A stretch of 64,000 bases of DNA, taken from Amoebophrya sp. A120. Taxonomy: Eukaryota; Protista; Dinoflagellata. The DNA is taken from contig CAJINV010000002.1 of NCBI GenBank assembly GCA_905178155.1, positions 12,285,621 through 12,349,620 of the forward strand, written 5' to 3'. The notes beneath the pieces were generated by a model. The model worked only from the letters and a program-made list of their open reading frames with translations, did not search any database and was not told the origin of the DNA. Positions 13,301 through 27,200 of this stretch are shown here, piece by piece (position 1 is the first letter of the stretch; each line of letters begins with the position of its first letter). Made by a program: the position numbers and the translations under genes.

Positions 13301-16300
13301 TCGCGTTCACTGCTCCTGCTGCAGCCGTGGCGGAGGTTGTGCGACCGGGCGCATCAAACTTCACATTCTTGTTTCTCGTCTGGTGTGATAATTTGGCACT
13401 TGCTCCTCCTGTTGTGCTCTTACCACCACTACCACCAGCAGCACCGCCCGCGCCTGTACTTGACGGCACCCCGCCGGTAGAAGCAGTTGGAGGCACTTTC
13501 TTCCGCACGGATGAAGAAGGAACTGCTGGCGCTAAGCTGCTTCCAACGGCCATGCCTGGTTGTTGTTTCAGCGGCCGGCCGCTCGCTGCTGATCCTCCTG
13601 TGGCCGCGCCAGTGTTGGATCCGTAGGAGCCCGTACGGCTGCGGCCACGAGAGGATGCGCGCGCGCCTGCCACGTTTAGCGAAGTTCCTGGCTGAGCTTT
13701 TCTCACAAGCGCGGCGCGCGGTCTAGCGGTCGCGGCAGAACTCGTAGTGGTGCTGATACTATTTTGAAAGTTTGCCGACTTGACGGTCTCCAGAATATGT
13801 GGGGACTTTGTGCGTTTCAGCGTGCTGCCCTGCTGACGGTCGGGCAGCGCCTGCGGTTCTCCATGCCGCGTGACCTGCTCACCCGGATGATAACCCGCTG
13901 AGGATGATGAGGACCTCGTAGCTCCTTCCCCCGCACTCGTGCTGCTCGTCGCAGTGGATGAACCTTGCTGCATCGTGAGCTGCGGCTGGGGATGCACCGG
14001 ATTCACCCGTGCTTGGAAGGAAGATGCTGCTTCGGCAACAGCTGCTGGCGCTACCTCATCGAGCGGAAGTGCGACAGGAACGGTAGTCGACACGAAGCTG
14101 GGCTTGGTCGGTTCGGCGGGCTCTGTACCTGTCATGACCGCCAGTCTTTGTCGCAGCGCCAGCGCTTTCTGCTGCACCGAAGAAGTGAGCGGCCTGTAGT
14201 TGCTTTGGATTTTCGGACTGTAAGTGATTCGCAGCACAGGACTGCCCTCGTCGGGACTGGGTTTCGACAGTGTGGAACCCCCTCCAGCAGGTTGTGCTGA
14301 ACTGCCGACATCGTCACTCTCCTGGTCCTGGCTTGCCAGACCATGCTGAAGAACCCCAGCCGCGGTGGTCGCAGTCGTGTGTCCTTGTGGAGCTCCTGCA
14401 AGCAGAACGGATGACACTTGCGATGCTGCGGACGACGACGCGGGCCGCTGTAACGCAGCGGCAGCAGCAATGCTATGACTTTTGTCTGGGGTTGCGAAAG
14501 TGACGTTTGGAGGAAAATCATGGCACTGCGTTGTACCCTCGGTATACGCCCCACGTCCAACGGCCTGTTCTGAACCCAAGGAAGATCCACTGGGGTAGAG
14601 GTGCACGGCACTCTTGTCGTTTCCACTTACCTGAGTAGCCTGCACGCTGCCAGGTGTATAGGCTGCTTTTGTCATGTCGTCACGACCGGCGCAGGATGTG
14701 CTCGTGCTAGCCTGTAGAAAGATCGAAGTACTTTCTTAATTGCGATCGTGTTTTTCTTATGCCGCTCAATATCTTCGCAATCGCATCAGAGTCAGACTCA
14801 AAGTGAAGCTGCATGCGAATCAAATAAAATTTTTCTTTTTGTTCCTGCCACTGCGGGGAGTAAGCGTATCTTGTAGAAGATGAAGAACATAACATCCGTG
14901 TCATTTTCGTATTTCTATAAAAAAGCGTTATCTTACCTGTGCGAGCGGGGCTATATTCAGTGACGGCGCAGGACCCGCTCCCGCAGCGGTCTGCGACCCC
15001 TCCTGGTGTTGAGCAACGCGGGGCTGTGTCGCCATGACAGTTCGTGTCGGCGATTGCGCTCGTGGATGCATCAGCGCTGCTGACTGCATGCTTCGAAAGT
15101 GCAGGCCGGGCGACGCGTTTGTTTGAAGAAAGCCTTTCTGCGGGGTTACTTGCAAACTCGCACTCGATGGCGTTCCGGACAAACCCTGGCTCAAAGCACG
15201 GATTTGCGCGCCGCCACTGGCTGAAGTTGAGGTTGACGGGTGCTGACCGCCTCCCGCGATTGTTGGCCCGCCTGAACCCAGTGACACTTGGGCTCCAGCA
15301 ACCGCAAGCCCCGCCTGCAGCGTCCTCTGCTGCGCTTGCGCACTGTTCGGGGGAACATCGGTCGTGGGTAAAGCACCAGTCGAGGGCGCAGCGGATAAGC
15401 TTCCGTACTGTTTGTTTTGCGGGCTGAAGCCCAAGCGTGTGAGACTGGATGACCGAGAGGAGTGTTGAAATGGTGTTCCGCCGAAGAGTTGCACTCCCCG
15501 GAGGACGGGCCTCGGGGAGAGCTTCGGCGTGTGCGCAAGTGACGTGGGCGCTAGTTGACCGGCCGCGCGGTGTAGTTGTTGCCCGCTTGTAATTGTACTT
15601 TCCGGGGCAGCAAACGCAGCAGGCACAGATGACCCTGCAGCAGCAGAACATGCATCAGCAGAAGTTGTTCCGGTTGCTGGATGAACGGCCAATGTTGTTG
15701 TACTCGTGGCAGCACCCACGTTAGCTCCCGTATGCATTGCAAAAGCATCGTACTAGTATGAATCGCATCACAGATTTTTTCAATAACAAAAAAGCAATTT
15801 GTCATGCTAGTTCAGGTAGAAAGTTGGATTTGTCATGCATGACTGCAATTACTACGACTACGATACTTTTGCACAGGATATCCCGCCGCCCTGGACGATG
15901 ACGAAGACGATTCCGACGCCGAGAGGCTGGCTGAACTAGCAGCCCCTGTTGTAGCTCCACCTACTTCCGCAGATGCAGTTCCTGGTGTTCCGTTGCGCTG
16001 CTGTTCTTGCCGCTCCTCCTGCTTTTTAATCTGCTGCTGTGCGGCTCTGTGTGCTTTGCTGGAGAGACTGACAGGAGGTCTTGGCGGTACCGGTGCGGTC
16101 TTGACGCTCGAATTCGACGGCTGGTGCCCAGCACTTGATGACGGTAGTACTGGTGGTCTGTGCTGCTGTGCAGCCGTCGGGTGGTAGGTCGTCCGCGCCC
16201 CACCACGAGTCACCATCTGGAGGTTGCCGGAAGCCAAACCTCCTGGCTGCAACCCAACAAGCCCCCCGGAATGGCGATGGCCAACGGCAACTCCGCGGGT

Positions 16301-16855
16301 CTGCATACCGGGCGAGTGGTAGGCTGGTGGTCGATTGATGTTGCCGCTGACTAGCACATTCGCAGTCGTCGGCGGCGCAACCGGCCGCGTTGGGGGAGTG
16401 CTGAACAGAGCCGCGTTGTTGCGATATGGCGAGGTCGACCGCATGGCCAAGGGCCCGTCCGCCGAACTGTGGCGGACCGCTGCGGTACCCGTGACCGTCA
16501 CCGGCTGTGCCACGTTGATCGGCGTCGCTCCTGTTCTGGCCGCTAACTGCGGTGCGGGCGAGTTCGACGTTGGGCGAGAAGAAATACCCGCTAGGCTCAC
16601 CGGTGTCAGTACATTTAGTGCACGCCCGCGCTGCGGCGGTGTACCGTAAAACGGCTGCGGTTTGATGAAGCTTGGTGTGGCGACGCGTTCCTGAGTCGCG
16701 CCAGATGCCGCTGCAACAGTAGTGGCAGACGCGAACATGCTCTGCAAAAAGCCATCGGTGCCACCTCCTGGACTCGGCGCGGCGGGGCGCGCGCTTGCAT
16801 AATGATGCTGACCCGCAACCGTTCCGGCCGCTGTTGATGCTTGCTGCGGTATCAT
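10357..16855 (-). CDS. Large low-complexity protein with a dynein microtubule-binding-domain-like region and a C-terminal Nup98/Nup145-type peptidase S59 (Nucleoporin2) domain
   Basis: In-frame GT-AG introns at 10600-10826, 11475-11672 and 14712-14936, plus introner 15731-15880. C-terminus VGQVTFHGVTDV...VVVYPP...KPPVGEGLNKPA...GAEFLGYD...GIWQFRVKHF matches the S59 domain. Confidence 0.72.
15731..15880. mobile_element. Introner family F (150 bp)
   Basis: tatgcattgcaaaagcatcgta / tacgatacttttgcacaggata. Direct repeat tcccg at 15726-15730 and 15881-15885. Removal joins ORFs in frame (SSRAAGANVGAAT). Confidence 0.92.
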
Positions 16856-18169
16856 GTTCTCGAGTGAACAAAGCAGGTGAACACGCACTGCCACAACTTG
16901 CGCACCTCTTGGCTACCTGCCAATGCAACTGCTATGGGTGTAGTCGGTACTGCATTTGCCTTCGCGTTGTTCGGGGGTTTGTTTCGACATTGCTATTATT
17001 TCATTTTCATCATGCCTCTCTCGCAATTACGACGGCGAACGAGGACGCGGAGTCGCAGTCCAGGTCAATTGCCTTCTAGGACGTAGTCCTCGTAGGTCTG
17101 AGCTTTGTCCGTCGCAGGAGAGGTGGTGGAGGAGGATGAAGAAATTTTGAGAAGATGACGAACAATCACTTCACGCCTGTTCTTTCGCGCGTGAAGATCT
17201 GAGGCGGGCCGCCGTGAGGACCTCTGTCTGGTTATACACATTCGAAACGAAAACTCGCACAGATATCATGCGGACAGCAACGTCGTCTTCGCCTTTCCAG
17301 ACGAGGTTTAAACGTCGACGAAACAACAACCCTTTTTTCACTATGACAAGTATGTCGTGCCTCTACTTCAATATGTATTTGTGCTCTAGGGTCATCTATT
17401 TTCAATTTATTTGATTTGTTCTTTATTCTCTTGATGGTAAAATTGATTTCAACAACCTCCCGAAGGTCTCACGATGGTAGTCGGTTTCCATTTGGCAGCA
17501 TATTTGAGCGCTTTTCTCTCTCATACTCGATCTGTCTTCTGTTGCTGTCGAACTCGAAACAAATTTGGTTTTTTCCTTCCGCCACGACTGCAGTAGTCGC
17601 ACTTCTCGCAACAAAATAAAGGGTATTCGATTCTTGCTCTTGGACATGGACTTGGTTGAGGATGTTGGAGCGGACAATAAATATTATGTCCAAGTGGTAT
17701 GTAGCGGTCAGTATCTTTCAATAAACAAAAAAAGTTCTTTCCCCCGCCCGAACACGAAGACAATGCTGCCGAAGACGCCATGAGAAGCACAACAGAGAAA
17801 GTAAACACGACAACGATCACCTGTGGCGCAGTTTTCTACTCGGTCAAGGGCAGCCCGCCCGTGTCCGTCGATCATAATAAGATGTCCTTGTCACGACAAT
17901 GGTTTTTCTTTTTTCATCAGCTCCAATCTAAAGTATATCTTCATCTTGATGATGATCTCGATAATCTGCCGCGGTAGAAGTGCCCACCAGCACTTGTACG
18001 ACGTGCGAAAGCAGAAGTGGAACAAGTACGAGTGAAACTTGTTCGTGCACTTCTGTCCATATTTCGAATGATGGGGCGTAGCGCATGATGGACCGACGAA
18101 CCACAGAAAGGAAAGCAATTGGCGTATCCCGGCAGCGCGCCCTTCACGTTCAACGTGCATCCAAGACCC

Positions 18170-19358
18170 CTAATGATGAGCGGTGTGCGGATCCACGTAG
18201 CCCCACTTGTTTGCGAGCCGGGCCTCGATCATGTGGTCGATGGCGTGGTGATCAAGCTCCTTTCCGTACGCATACAGATCGAAATTGTACCAATACCTGG
18301 AGACCAGAACGACAGGCAGCTACATTGGCATCAGGAGCGTACCAATATTGCCATATCAAAATCTTCAATCATGGACGACTGTAAATCGAGAAATCAGAAT
18401 ACTGTGCCGGCTATTTGGACGGTTTCAAAGTAGACAAAGTTCAACATATGCCTATATCCGGAGGAGCGTAACAAGCACGAACACAAAAGTGCCTGCTCAG
18501 CTTCCATCACAGAAGTGCGCACCAAGAAATCAACTTATACTCTTCGGAGTCGCAGTAGTGCTCTGGAGGTTCTCGGCGAACGAAAAACATGAAGTTGAAG
18601 GCAATCGCGGAAAGTGGCATCATTACCGCCCAGAGCCAATATCGCTCGTTGTAAGCCTGCACAAACATCAGCTGCCAGTACTGCTTCAAAGACAGGGCGT
18701 GGTATCGGTCTGGGGTACAAGTGTTGGGTCGGAAATTTTTATCTCCAGAGCTGCAGTGCTGTCGAAGTCGATCAACTCTGGAACTGAAAGGACCATTTCA
18801 TGTTCATCGGCCGGCGCGACAAAACAATTTATTAATTTGCAAAATCAGAGTGGTTGTACCTTGCGCGTTGAAGTGCTTGGTCAAGTCGTAGGTCATTCTT
18901 GCGACTTTGTGGTTGTGATCGAGCAGCTTCGGGTGCCCGATCATAGGTTGGATGCCTCGCATGGCGTTGATGAGCGAGTATGGAGCCTGCCCGGGAAAGA
19001 CGAAGTAGCCACCCATTTCTTTGTGCCGGTACGGAAGATCCCCGGTCACACAGTTGATCGGACCAGGTCGCGCAGGCCAGTTGGGACCACCCTGTAAATA
19101 TTCGATGTCTCTCGTGCTGCATTTGCAAAAACCAGTCAAAGAAAAGAACGCGTAAGAGAATCTGTGGCTCGTGTGGATGTGTGGTGCGGCTGCTCTTTCA
19201 GTATAGAAACTTAGGCCGTCTTGACTTTTTCGAGGAGGGCTATGTAATATTCAAAATAATGTATTGAAGACTTAAAATAGAAAAGGACGCCATCGTCCTT
19301 ACGTCTTTCTGATGCCACCCGAAAAGCCGCATAAGGGGAGCTTCCCCTCTTCGCGCAT
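18170..19358 (-). CDS. Small multi-exon single-TM protein, possibly a mitochondrial inner-membrane (complex IV accessory-like) subunit
   Basis: Exons encode YLQGGPNWP...RMTYDLTKHF, YWQLMFVQAYNERYWLWAVMMPLSAIAFNFMFFVRREPPEHY and YWYNFD...DHH...EARLANKWG then stop. The function is a guess and the start is uncertain. Confidence 0.5.
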
Positions 19359-20428
19359 GGGCGACCCTGCTAGACTGCAACATTGTGCGTGAGGGCAGCT
19401 AGTACAACTTGAGGTCGACGACTGCCGCTGGGTATTCTCTTTGACGCTGAACCTCGCGTGCCGTCACTCTTCTCGGCCAGGGGCGAATTTGGCAAAAATT
19501 GGGCGCGCGACCCCCGCCCGCAATAGTGAGAACAATGGATTGGCGCAGTGCCACGGTTCTCGGTCGGCCAAGATCACATTTTTTGAGAGGTATTATATAT
19601 ATTAATCTGAGTAGAACAACTGCGAACTACGACTCTCCTCCTGCTACTCTCCCCCCACAAAGCAAAGAAGCTCAAGCTCTTAGATCTCTCCTGTTGTGCA
19701 ATCGTAGTACTGCGAAACACCTACAAGGTGGCAGTACAAACAACTGGAGTAGATTTTTTGGCATTTCCATTTGATGTACTTGAAACCTACCATCATCATG
19801 AAAGAAGAAAAAATAGCAGCTGTCGGGGCATCGCTCGTCGACGTCTTTCTTGCCTAGTGTAGTCCGCCTCTGCTCGCATGTGCTGGAAGAAGAGCGCCGT
19901 GACACATAATAAATACAGCTGCAAAGATAGAACGTTTCTCTGAACATCGAAAAGCAGTCCTTTGCTCAAATGAACAAAGTAAAGACGTCGTTAATCAGAC
20001 ACGACGAGCGACGTGTCGGCGCTGTTGGATGATTTTTTTATTTTTTATGTAGATTATTTTTGAAAAAATACACATGCAATGTCATGGGAGATTAAACGTT
20101 GTCAGCCTTCAGAATTTGAATTGCTGCATTTTTTGTTCCTCTTTGAAGTAGTTGTTGACTAGACCTGTCTCTAATATCATCAGCAGCTATGATAAAGTGC
20201 GAATTTTACGCGTGCGTCGTGAAAACTGTTCTCGGTAGATTCAGAGCGCCGCCTCGTGCTGAATCCACGACAATAATCGATTCCCCTCGTCTACGTCGTA
20301 CCAAGCTACTGGTAGCAAAGTACAACTAATCTTCGACTTGTTTACTTTAGCAGATGATACGTGATAGATCGAAAATCAACTCCAATTTTTTATGTTCATG
20401 CTTTATTCCTCCTGATGAGGTATTTTTT

Positions 20429-22600
20429 TCAACTCTTGTCCTCGTTCTCGTCGTATTCACGAAGACACAGCAGAGCGCGAGTTTCCTCCTCCGGATCGTA
20501 GTGGGGGGACGGCGCGGTAGACCCCGTCCCCGTTGTGGTCGCCGGACTAGGATCGTTGCGTTTGCTTCCCCCGTTCGACACGTTGCTCAAACGTGGGTTC
20601 TGCCCCTCCCCGCGGTTACCTGAATTGTGCGCACCGGCACCTGCTGTTGCTGGTAGAAGATGTTCTTCTTCTTGCCCATTCGTCAGATCCATTTGCAACA
20701 CCGGCCGTGGCGACGATGCAGCAGAGCTGTCAACCGACAACTTCTTGTGCAATTGTGGAGGCGTGCTCTGCAATAGTACGGGGTCGGATGTTCGTGTTGA
20801 GTTGTTGAGCACGACATGTTCTTGCGGGCCGACTTGAGGACCCGCAATCCTGCCTTCTCCCTTCTCTTCGTCTGCTCCACCCTGAAAGGACTTCAGCCTT
20901 CCGACGACCTGGTCGTAGGATTCCAGAACGTCGCCTCGGGACTCGAGGTCTAATTTCGACGCGACGTAATCCAGGTCCTCTCGGTCGATGATACCGGCAT
21001 GGTCCTCGCTGGCTGCTTCGTCCTCGAGCTCCTCGTATTCGTCCTCCTCCAGCTCGACGTCGGTGGTCGAGTCGACCTTCTTTTGCTTGATCTTCGCGAA
21101 ACTGTATATTCCCACCCCTACCGTGACGCAGGAAGCGCCCACGGTGCCGAGAACGGAGAACTTCTGTATGTCCGGCCACCAGGACCACGAGACCCAGGAG
21201 AACAGCTCGGAGGAGAGAAACACGACCGCGACGATCTTCATCATCTTGATCACGACGAAGGTGACCGCGCCCAGCTGCTTCAGCATGTACATCGTGGACG
21301 CGCGCACCACGATGCCGGCCATGAACAGAAACAAAAACCCGGCGAACAGGTTCTCCGGCTTCCCCAGGGTGTTCAGCGGCTCTTCGTTCGCGTAGATCCA
21401 CCGCATCGGCTCCACGATAAGCTCGTCGAACCGCGGCAGCGTGTACGCCAACTGCCAGATCAGCAGCAGGCTCAAATTTGTGAACCCCATGATCGCGGTC
21501 AGCAGCGGTCCCGGGATCTCCTCTTTCCCGTCGTTCGAAAATTTCTCAATCAGGACAAAGGTCACACCGTCCGCCACCGAGGAAAGCAGGATCAAGATGC
21601 TCCCGAGCATGAAATCGCCCATGCCGCTCCCGTTGGACGCTATGCTTGCCATCGCACCGCCATAGAGCCCGACGCCGGTGATCATGACAAGGAGCCCGAA
21701 CCACATCAACCAATTGGCCTTTTTTCCCATGATGAAGCGCGCTGCTAGGGCCGTGAAGAAAATCGAGCCTCCGGAGGAAAAAATCGTGTAGAGCGCGGGC
21801 GAAGTTTTTGCTAACCCGTTTTTTGCCAGAACCTGTGCGACCAGATCAGCGGGCGCGATAATCATCGCGCGAAAGATCTGGCAGCCGGTAAGGTCCCAAA
21901 TGGTCTTTTTGCAAGGCAGGTAGATCACGAAGCACATCGCCAGGTAGCCCGGAATGTCCTGCGCCAGGGCCCACATCTGTTCTGGCGGTGCCCCTTCCTT
22001 GCTGCTTCCCTTCCACGGAAGTCCGTTTTTCTTCATCATGTGAAACGCAAAGGTTTGCAGGATGTACAGCGTGAAAAAGATCGTCACCATCGGAATCAAG
22101 AAGCACCAACTGGCGGGGATCTCGGACACGTCCATGCGAGCGGAGGGGCTCATGTTATTTGCGATGTTACTTTCGCCCTGCTCATGATCTGCCTCTTCTA
22201 TCTCCAGTGCGTGTTCTTTTCGCTCGTCTTCGATTTCCTTTGCGGTTTCAATCACACCCTCCAGGTTCGTGATCTCGTCCGCACCCGAGTATACAGACAA
22301 GCGCTGATGATGCTGCGAACTGCGCCTCTGCCGCAAGTGCTGGTTGTGGTCAGATATTGCAGGAGGGTAGCACAGGTGACCATGATCGCGACTCTGCCTG
22401 CTTTCAGGATGAACACCGTTTGGCAGCAGCTCTCCCGGGACGGCAAGATGATGCTGCTGGTTGAAACTGTTTTTGTCAACATGACTGGCGCGGAAGCCCC
22501 CACTGCTCTTTACGGTGGATGCCCGTCGGCTCCCAGTGTTGCTAGCGGCTGCGATCATGGGTGACCCGGCTGTGCCTGTGCTCGTGCGTCGACGCACCAT
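20429..22600 (-). CDS. Drug/metabolite transporter superfamily protein (EamA/SLC35-like), single exon
   Basis: About 10 hydrophobic helices, with DMT-like segment ADLVAQVLAKNGLAKTSPALYTIFSSGGSIFFTALAARFIMGKK...WFGLLVMITGV. Confidence 0.85.
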   Translation of the reverse strand: MVRRRTSTGTAGSPMIAAASNTGSRRASTVKSSGGFRASHVDKNSFNQQHHLAVPGELLPNGVHPESRQSRDHGHLCYPPAISDHNQHLRQRRSSQHHQRLSVYSGADEITNLEGVIETAKEIEDERKEHALEIEEADHEQGESNIANNMSPSARMDVSEIPASWCFLIPMVTIFFTLYILQTFAFHMMKKNGLPWKGSSKEGAPPEQMWALAQDIPGYLAMCFVIYLPCKKTIWDLTGCQIFRAMIIAPADLVAQVLAKNGLAKTSPALYTIFSSGGSIFFTALAARFIMGKKANWLMWFGLLVMITGVGLYGGAMASIASNGSGMGDFMLGSILILLSSVADGVTFVLIEKFSNDGKEEIPGPLLTAIMGFTNLSLLLIWQLAYTLPRFDELIVEPMRWIYANEEPLNTLGKPENLFAGFLFLFMAGIVVRASTMYMLKQLGAVTFVVIKMMKIVAVVFLSSELFSWVSWSWWPDIQKFSVLGTVGASCVTVGVGIYSFAKIKQKKVDSTTDVELEEDEYEELEDEAASEDHAGIIDREDLDYVASKLDLESRGDVLESYDQVVGRLKSFQGGADEEKGEGRIAGPQVGPQEHVVLNNSTRTSDPVLLQSTPPQLHKKLSVDSSAASSPRPVLQMDLTNGQEEEHLLPATAGAGAHNSGNRGEGQNPRLSNVSNGGSKRNDPSPATTTGTGSTAPSPHYDPEEETRALLCLREYDENEDKS

Positions 22601-24289
22601 GGCCGGCAGTTGACTACAAGTGTAGTAGCTACAAGACACCACGACTTCTCCAGGAAACGAGCCTACTGGTCTACGCCTCCGAGAGACTTCTCCAACACCA
22701 ACATTTCGTCTACTTGTGGTGCATGTACTAGCGTACTAATTAATTCCCTACAAATGTTGAAGATGCGTCAACAAATGAAGATGCGTCAGCGTTTCAATGA
22801 ATAGTGTTCCAAACAGAAAGTGAAGAACCATTCATCAAGCTCTTCAAGGAAGCGCTTTTCTTGGATCGATTGTACTCTTGAGAGAAAGTCGATCTTCGTA
22901 TTCCGTTCCAAGAAGAAATACAAAGCAAAACAAAACCCTTTGTGCGTTTCCTTGATAAGGAAAGAAGGCTTGGATTGCAGCTTTTTCAAAACAAAACACT
23001 GAGCGCAGCGATCAATCAGGCGTCAACAAAAAGCTGAGAAAAAATTATCTGCTTATGTGCGAGCGTGCGTCGAGGTACATAAACGCGTGATAGATGAATT
23101 AGAGATGATTTTCTATGCGTCGGTAGAACTAGGATGATGCAAAGATTTACTTTTGCGTGAAAATAGTTGTCATAAGGATTGTACAGAACAACATCACAAC
23201 AAAAACAAACCTGTTGGTTGGAGGAGAGAATGAAAATTTGCATCTATTATGTCATTTCCCACACAGCATCAGCAAAAAATATGCCTTTTCGTCTCATGAT
23301 CTCAGATTTTCTTTGTTGTTGCATGATCAACTTTTGATGTTGTTTCATATTCATTTCATCGGATCGTTTGAGAAAAACTAAAGACGTGGCGAGCTGATCC
23401 ATTTGTCGTGATTCGCTTTGGATTGTCATCTTTTTTATTCCCAAGATTTACTCGGAGATGGAGATGCAGAGGCAGAGCTAGAATTTTGTTCATTTGCTTT
23501 CTGGGCGAGAATGATTCATATCTTTCAGCGACAGTGCAGCAACGGTCCATGGTATACACTCTTGAATCGTTGGTCGTGGTTGTGTGAAGATCCATCATGT
23601 AGCACTATGCCTATGACAACTATGTCTAGTATCTAATCCTATTGGCATTTCTAGGTGGCTGAGAACTACGAAGAGACCGAGTTCTCGCTTGATTCACCTC
23701 ATACTTTTTCGCTGCGTGTCAATTTTCGCATGTCGCTCATGTTGGGATGATCGCATATTCATCGTTGGAGTTGGTGTTCTTGTGGTGCGCAATCCAACTT
23801 GCGATTCGCTCAAGGTCAACCGTCCCGTCGGCATCAACATTCACCCACCTTCCCTCAGCGACCACCGCGCCAGCGCTGCTCGGCATGGGAATTCGTGCTC
23901 GCATAATTCATTGGTTGTTTTTCGCAAGGAACCCACAACCACCAACCTTCTGCGCGCAGGTTCTTCCTAGTGCAGCACGAAGCCGGCTATAATTGTTCGT
24001 TCTTTCCCGAATTGCTTGATCTCGCCTCGGTAAGGTTGCTATGGACGAACAACCCACGCCCGTTCTCCCGTCGCCTACCGACCAATCGCGACTACACTCA
24101 CTCTACGGCTAGCAGCCGCACAAACCGGAACTCCTGAGCCACACGACACGCTGCCAGCAGCTGCCGCCGTTCCCGTACCAAGGCAACGAGGTGCGCCACG
24201 ACCTGTGCTCCTCGTCTGCTAGACCACCTTCTTCGTGGTCCCCTACGTCGCCTGCCGGTATTTCGTGAAGATTACGTGCGACAGCACCC

Positions 24290-27200
24290 TTACGGTGTGG
24301 CGAATCCTTTTCTCCAGCCACTGCACCCAATTTCTTGCCCGCACATTTCCAGCCGGAGGTAGTCGGTCGAGGCCTTGATCATGTGATTCACGATGATGAT
24401 GCAACACGAGTGCAGCCTGTGCGAAATGGATTCTTCGTCACTGTCCCGGCGGTACACGTCCATGTTTCCTTCAGTTTTCATCGTTTTCTCCACTTGCGAG
24501 GTGAATTCCACCTCGTCCTTCCGTTTCCAACAGACTTCGTCGTCCTCCAAGCAGCACTTGCAGCAGGACAGGGGCGGCTTGAACTCGCAGTAGTACTGTG
24601 CCAGTACCTGCCGCAACACTTGCCCGCCGAGCGTGCAGATGTTCGGCGGGCTGATCTCGCGGCTCCCATCCGTCGCGATGACGGACTGGTGCTCTTGGCT
24701 GCTGTGCACCGCGATCTCTGGGTCGGTCAGCAGTCTCGTCACCTGCTGCATCGAGGAGAAGACGTCCGAATGGTCCACCAGAAACTCGTGCTGTTGCACA
24801 ACGCCATAGATGTTCGGCAGTAGGCAGTACCCGAAATCCGGTATCCCCTTGATCCGGACGGGATGAAGGGACGTCGAGAGGAGGTCCGCCATGGTGCTTG
24901 TTTGCGATGCTGTTTGTTGAACTGTATCGCTTTTCTCCTCGTCACCTGAATGACGAGTCTGACCCGTAGTTGCCGAAGGGTCTTCAGCACCACCAGCTGC
25001 CAGTGCAATCGTCCCCTTTCTTGAAAGTATCCTTTGCTGCACGGCGCGGTGAGTCGTCTCCTGATCAGCCAGGCCGAGGGTGTGGGCAGGATGAAGGGAC
25101 TCTAGAGAACTGACAGCTGGGTGGAGCTGGAGGTGGCCACCTATTACCCTTGAACCATCACTCGGCACGCCTGACACATCGTCTACCTCGTACAGCGTGT
25201 GGCCTGGAAAGCTGTCCGTCGCTCCAATGTAAGGCTCCGGCAAAACGCGGCCCGATCGGCCATAGATTTCCCGCAACAGCCTGCGGTGGACACCCATCTG
25301 GTCACGAAGCATCTGCTTCTGGAGCACGAAGGAGGATTTTAGATTCAAATGCTGGCGAGGAAAATAGCTTGCAGTGACGCGCCTCTTTCGGTGGCGCCCC
25401 CACCGCCACTTGCTCCAGTAGGAGCGGAAAAGCGACGTGCTACTGTCAACTTTCAGTAATTCCACTTGTCGCTTCAGCCAAGCTTCAGCGGTCGTGGCAC
25501 GACCATCAGCTTCAAAGTCTTCGCCGTTCTCTCTCTCTGGAAAGAACCACAGCCTGTGAAACGCCGCCGCTTCCTTCCCGCTGAAGGATCGTTTCCTTTT
25601 GGTGTCGCCGTCCGCGTTTTGTTTCTCTACTTCAGCATCTGACCTTGACGCTCCGTGGTCTTCACCATGATGGTGCGTCGCAAACTCCAGAAAACGTCTT
25701 GCTGCTTGTCGTTGTTGCCGGGCGTGCCAGAACACAGGCGCAAGCTTGTTTATCTCCAGTGCCCGCCTCTTCACGCGTGCCTCGGCGCGCTTGCTAGTTG
25801 AGAAACACGGATGTCCACCTTCTATATCCAAGTCAGGAAAGTGCTCGCTCCTTGGCTTACTCGTGGCGTTCTCCTGGATTCCTTCGCCTGTCGTGCGTTG
25901 CGTTCTTTCACTCTCCGGTTGAGGTATGATTGCATCCTGGCCGACCCTCGCCGCACTTTCGTCCAAAAGCCGTTCCAAGGGGCGGCGCGCGCGTGTGGGA
26001 AACAAAGTTTCAAGGAAGGGAAGCAGCTGTGACTCACAAATGTCGAACTCGTGTGGGAGGCGCTTCAGCTTTACGTGATGCCGCGTCTTTACATTGAACA
26101 CGAAATCGGAGAAGGACGATGAAGCTTCCCTGGCACTGGTAGTCGGCAGCGCAGCAGCATCGTGCGTGTAGCTCTGTGGCTCGCTTTCTTCTCCACTTCT
26201 GCTCATGGTACTAGCCTTATGTTGGTCATACAGAAAACGAACCACATTCTGCAACGTCTGCTGGGGTTTCCGTTGCAGGCTGTAGGTGCTAACGTAAAAT
26301 AGATTCTCGTCCTGAATCTGGTTCGCGAAGACCTTCGTGTACTTCTGGAAAAATGCCGGGAGGCTTAATGCCCTCTGCGTTTCCGAGGAATCGCTCTGGT
26401 CCAAATTAGCAAGAACCCCAGCATCGGAATCGGATGAAGCTGAAGATGCGTCACTTCCCGCACAACTGGTTCTGCTGGAAAAGACAGTGAAGCGCAGCTT
26501 CCGAGCGTCCTCTGTCCCTCCGGCAACGTGCAAAATCGAGCAGATGAATCCTCGTCGATTGTGTCCTTCGTCCGGAATGAGCTGGGAAAACCGCGAAATG
26601 CACAGTTTTGGTAGTTTCTGTAGTGTGCGAGCAAGGTATTGAGCTAGCTTACTGTCTTCATTCCAAGAATCATCAGGCTTTTCTGCTCCGTCAGGAACGT
26701 CTCCGTCAGATCGTTGTACTAAGCGAATCTGGAAAAACGATGCGAAGTCAAGTTCCATCGTGAGCGGGTCATGAGGCGTGACGTGATGCACCATCGGACT
26801 TCGTGCAGATGTGGGTGTCGCTTCAGCGGAATCCTGATCAGGAAAAAGAAGCTCCAGCTTGCCTTTCGCTTTGCACTCCATCAAAATATCGTCCATGGAC
26901 GATGGAGACGTAGCTCCTTCTTGCCCACATAGCCGCTCGTCTGCAAACTTTCCGGAAGTGCTTCTACTTGTTCCAGCAAAATTTCCTTGGATTGCGCCGC
27001 TGGTCCCGAACACGGTTTTCAAACAATCTGCTATCTTTTCCGCGAACTCGCTGTTTGCCTCGAGGTCATCCCACAGACGAGCAGGCGTGTCACGATGAGG
27101 ATCTGGAGCAGTTTCGTTTTCGACTTCCTCGTTTAGCACATGCATGGCGGCCTGGTTTTCGTAGAGTAACCTATCCTGGGCAACTACGTTTCCCGCACGA

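Noticed and set aside
14712-14936. Intron as another introner
   Set aside because: Canonical GT-AG boundaries, with no TIR or 5-bp direct repeat.
19405-19420. gacctcaag on the minus strand as a dinoflagellate spliced-leader relic
   Set aside because: Only the last 6 nt match the leader, which is expected by chance.
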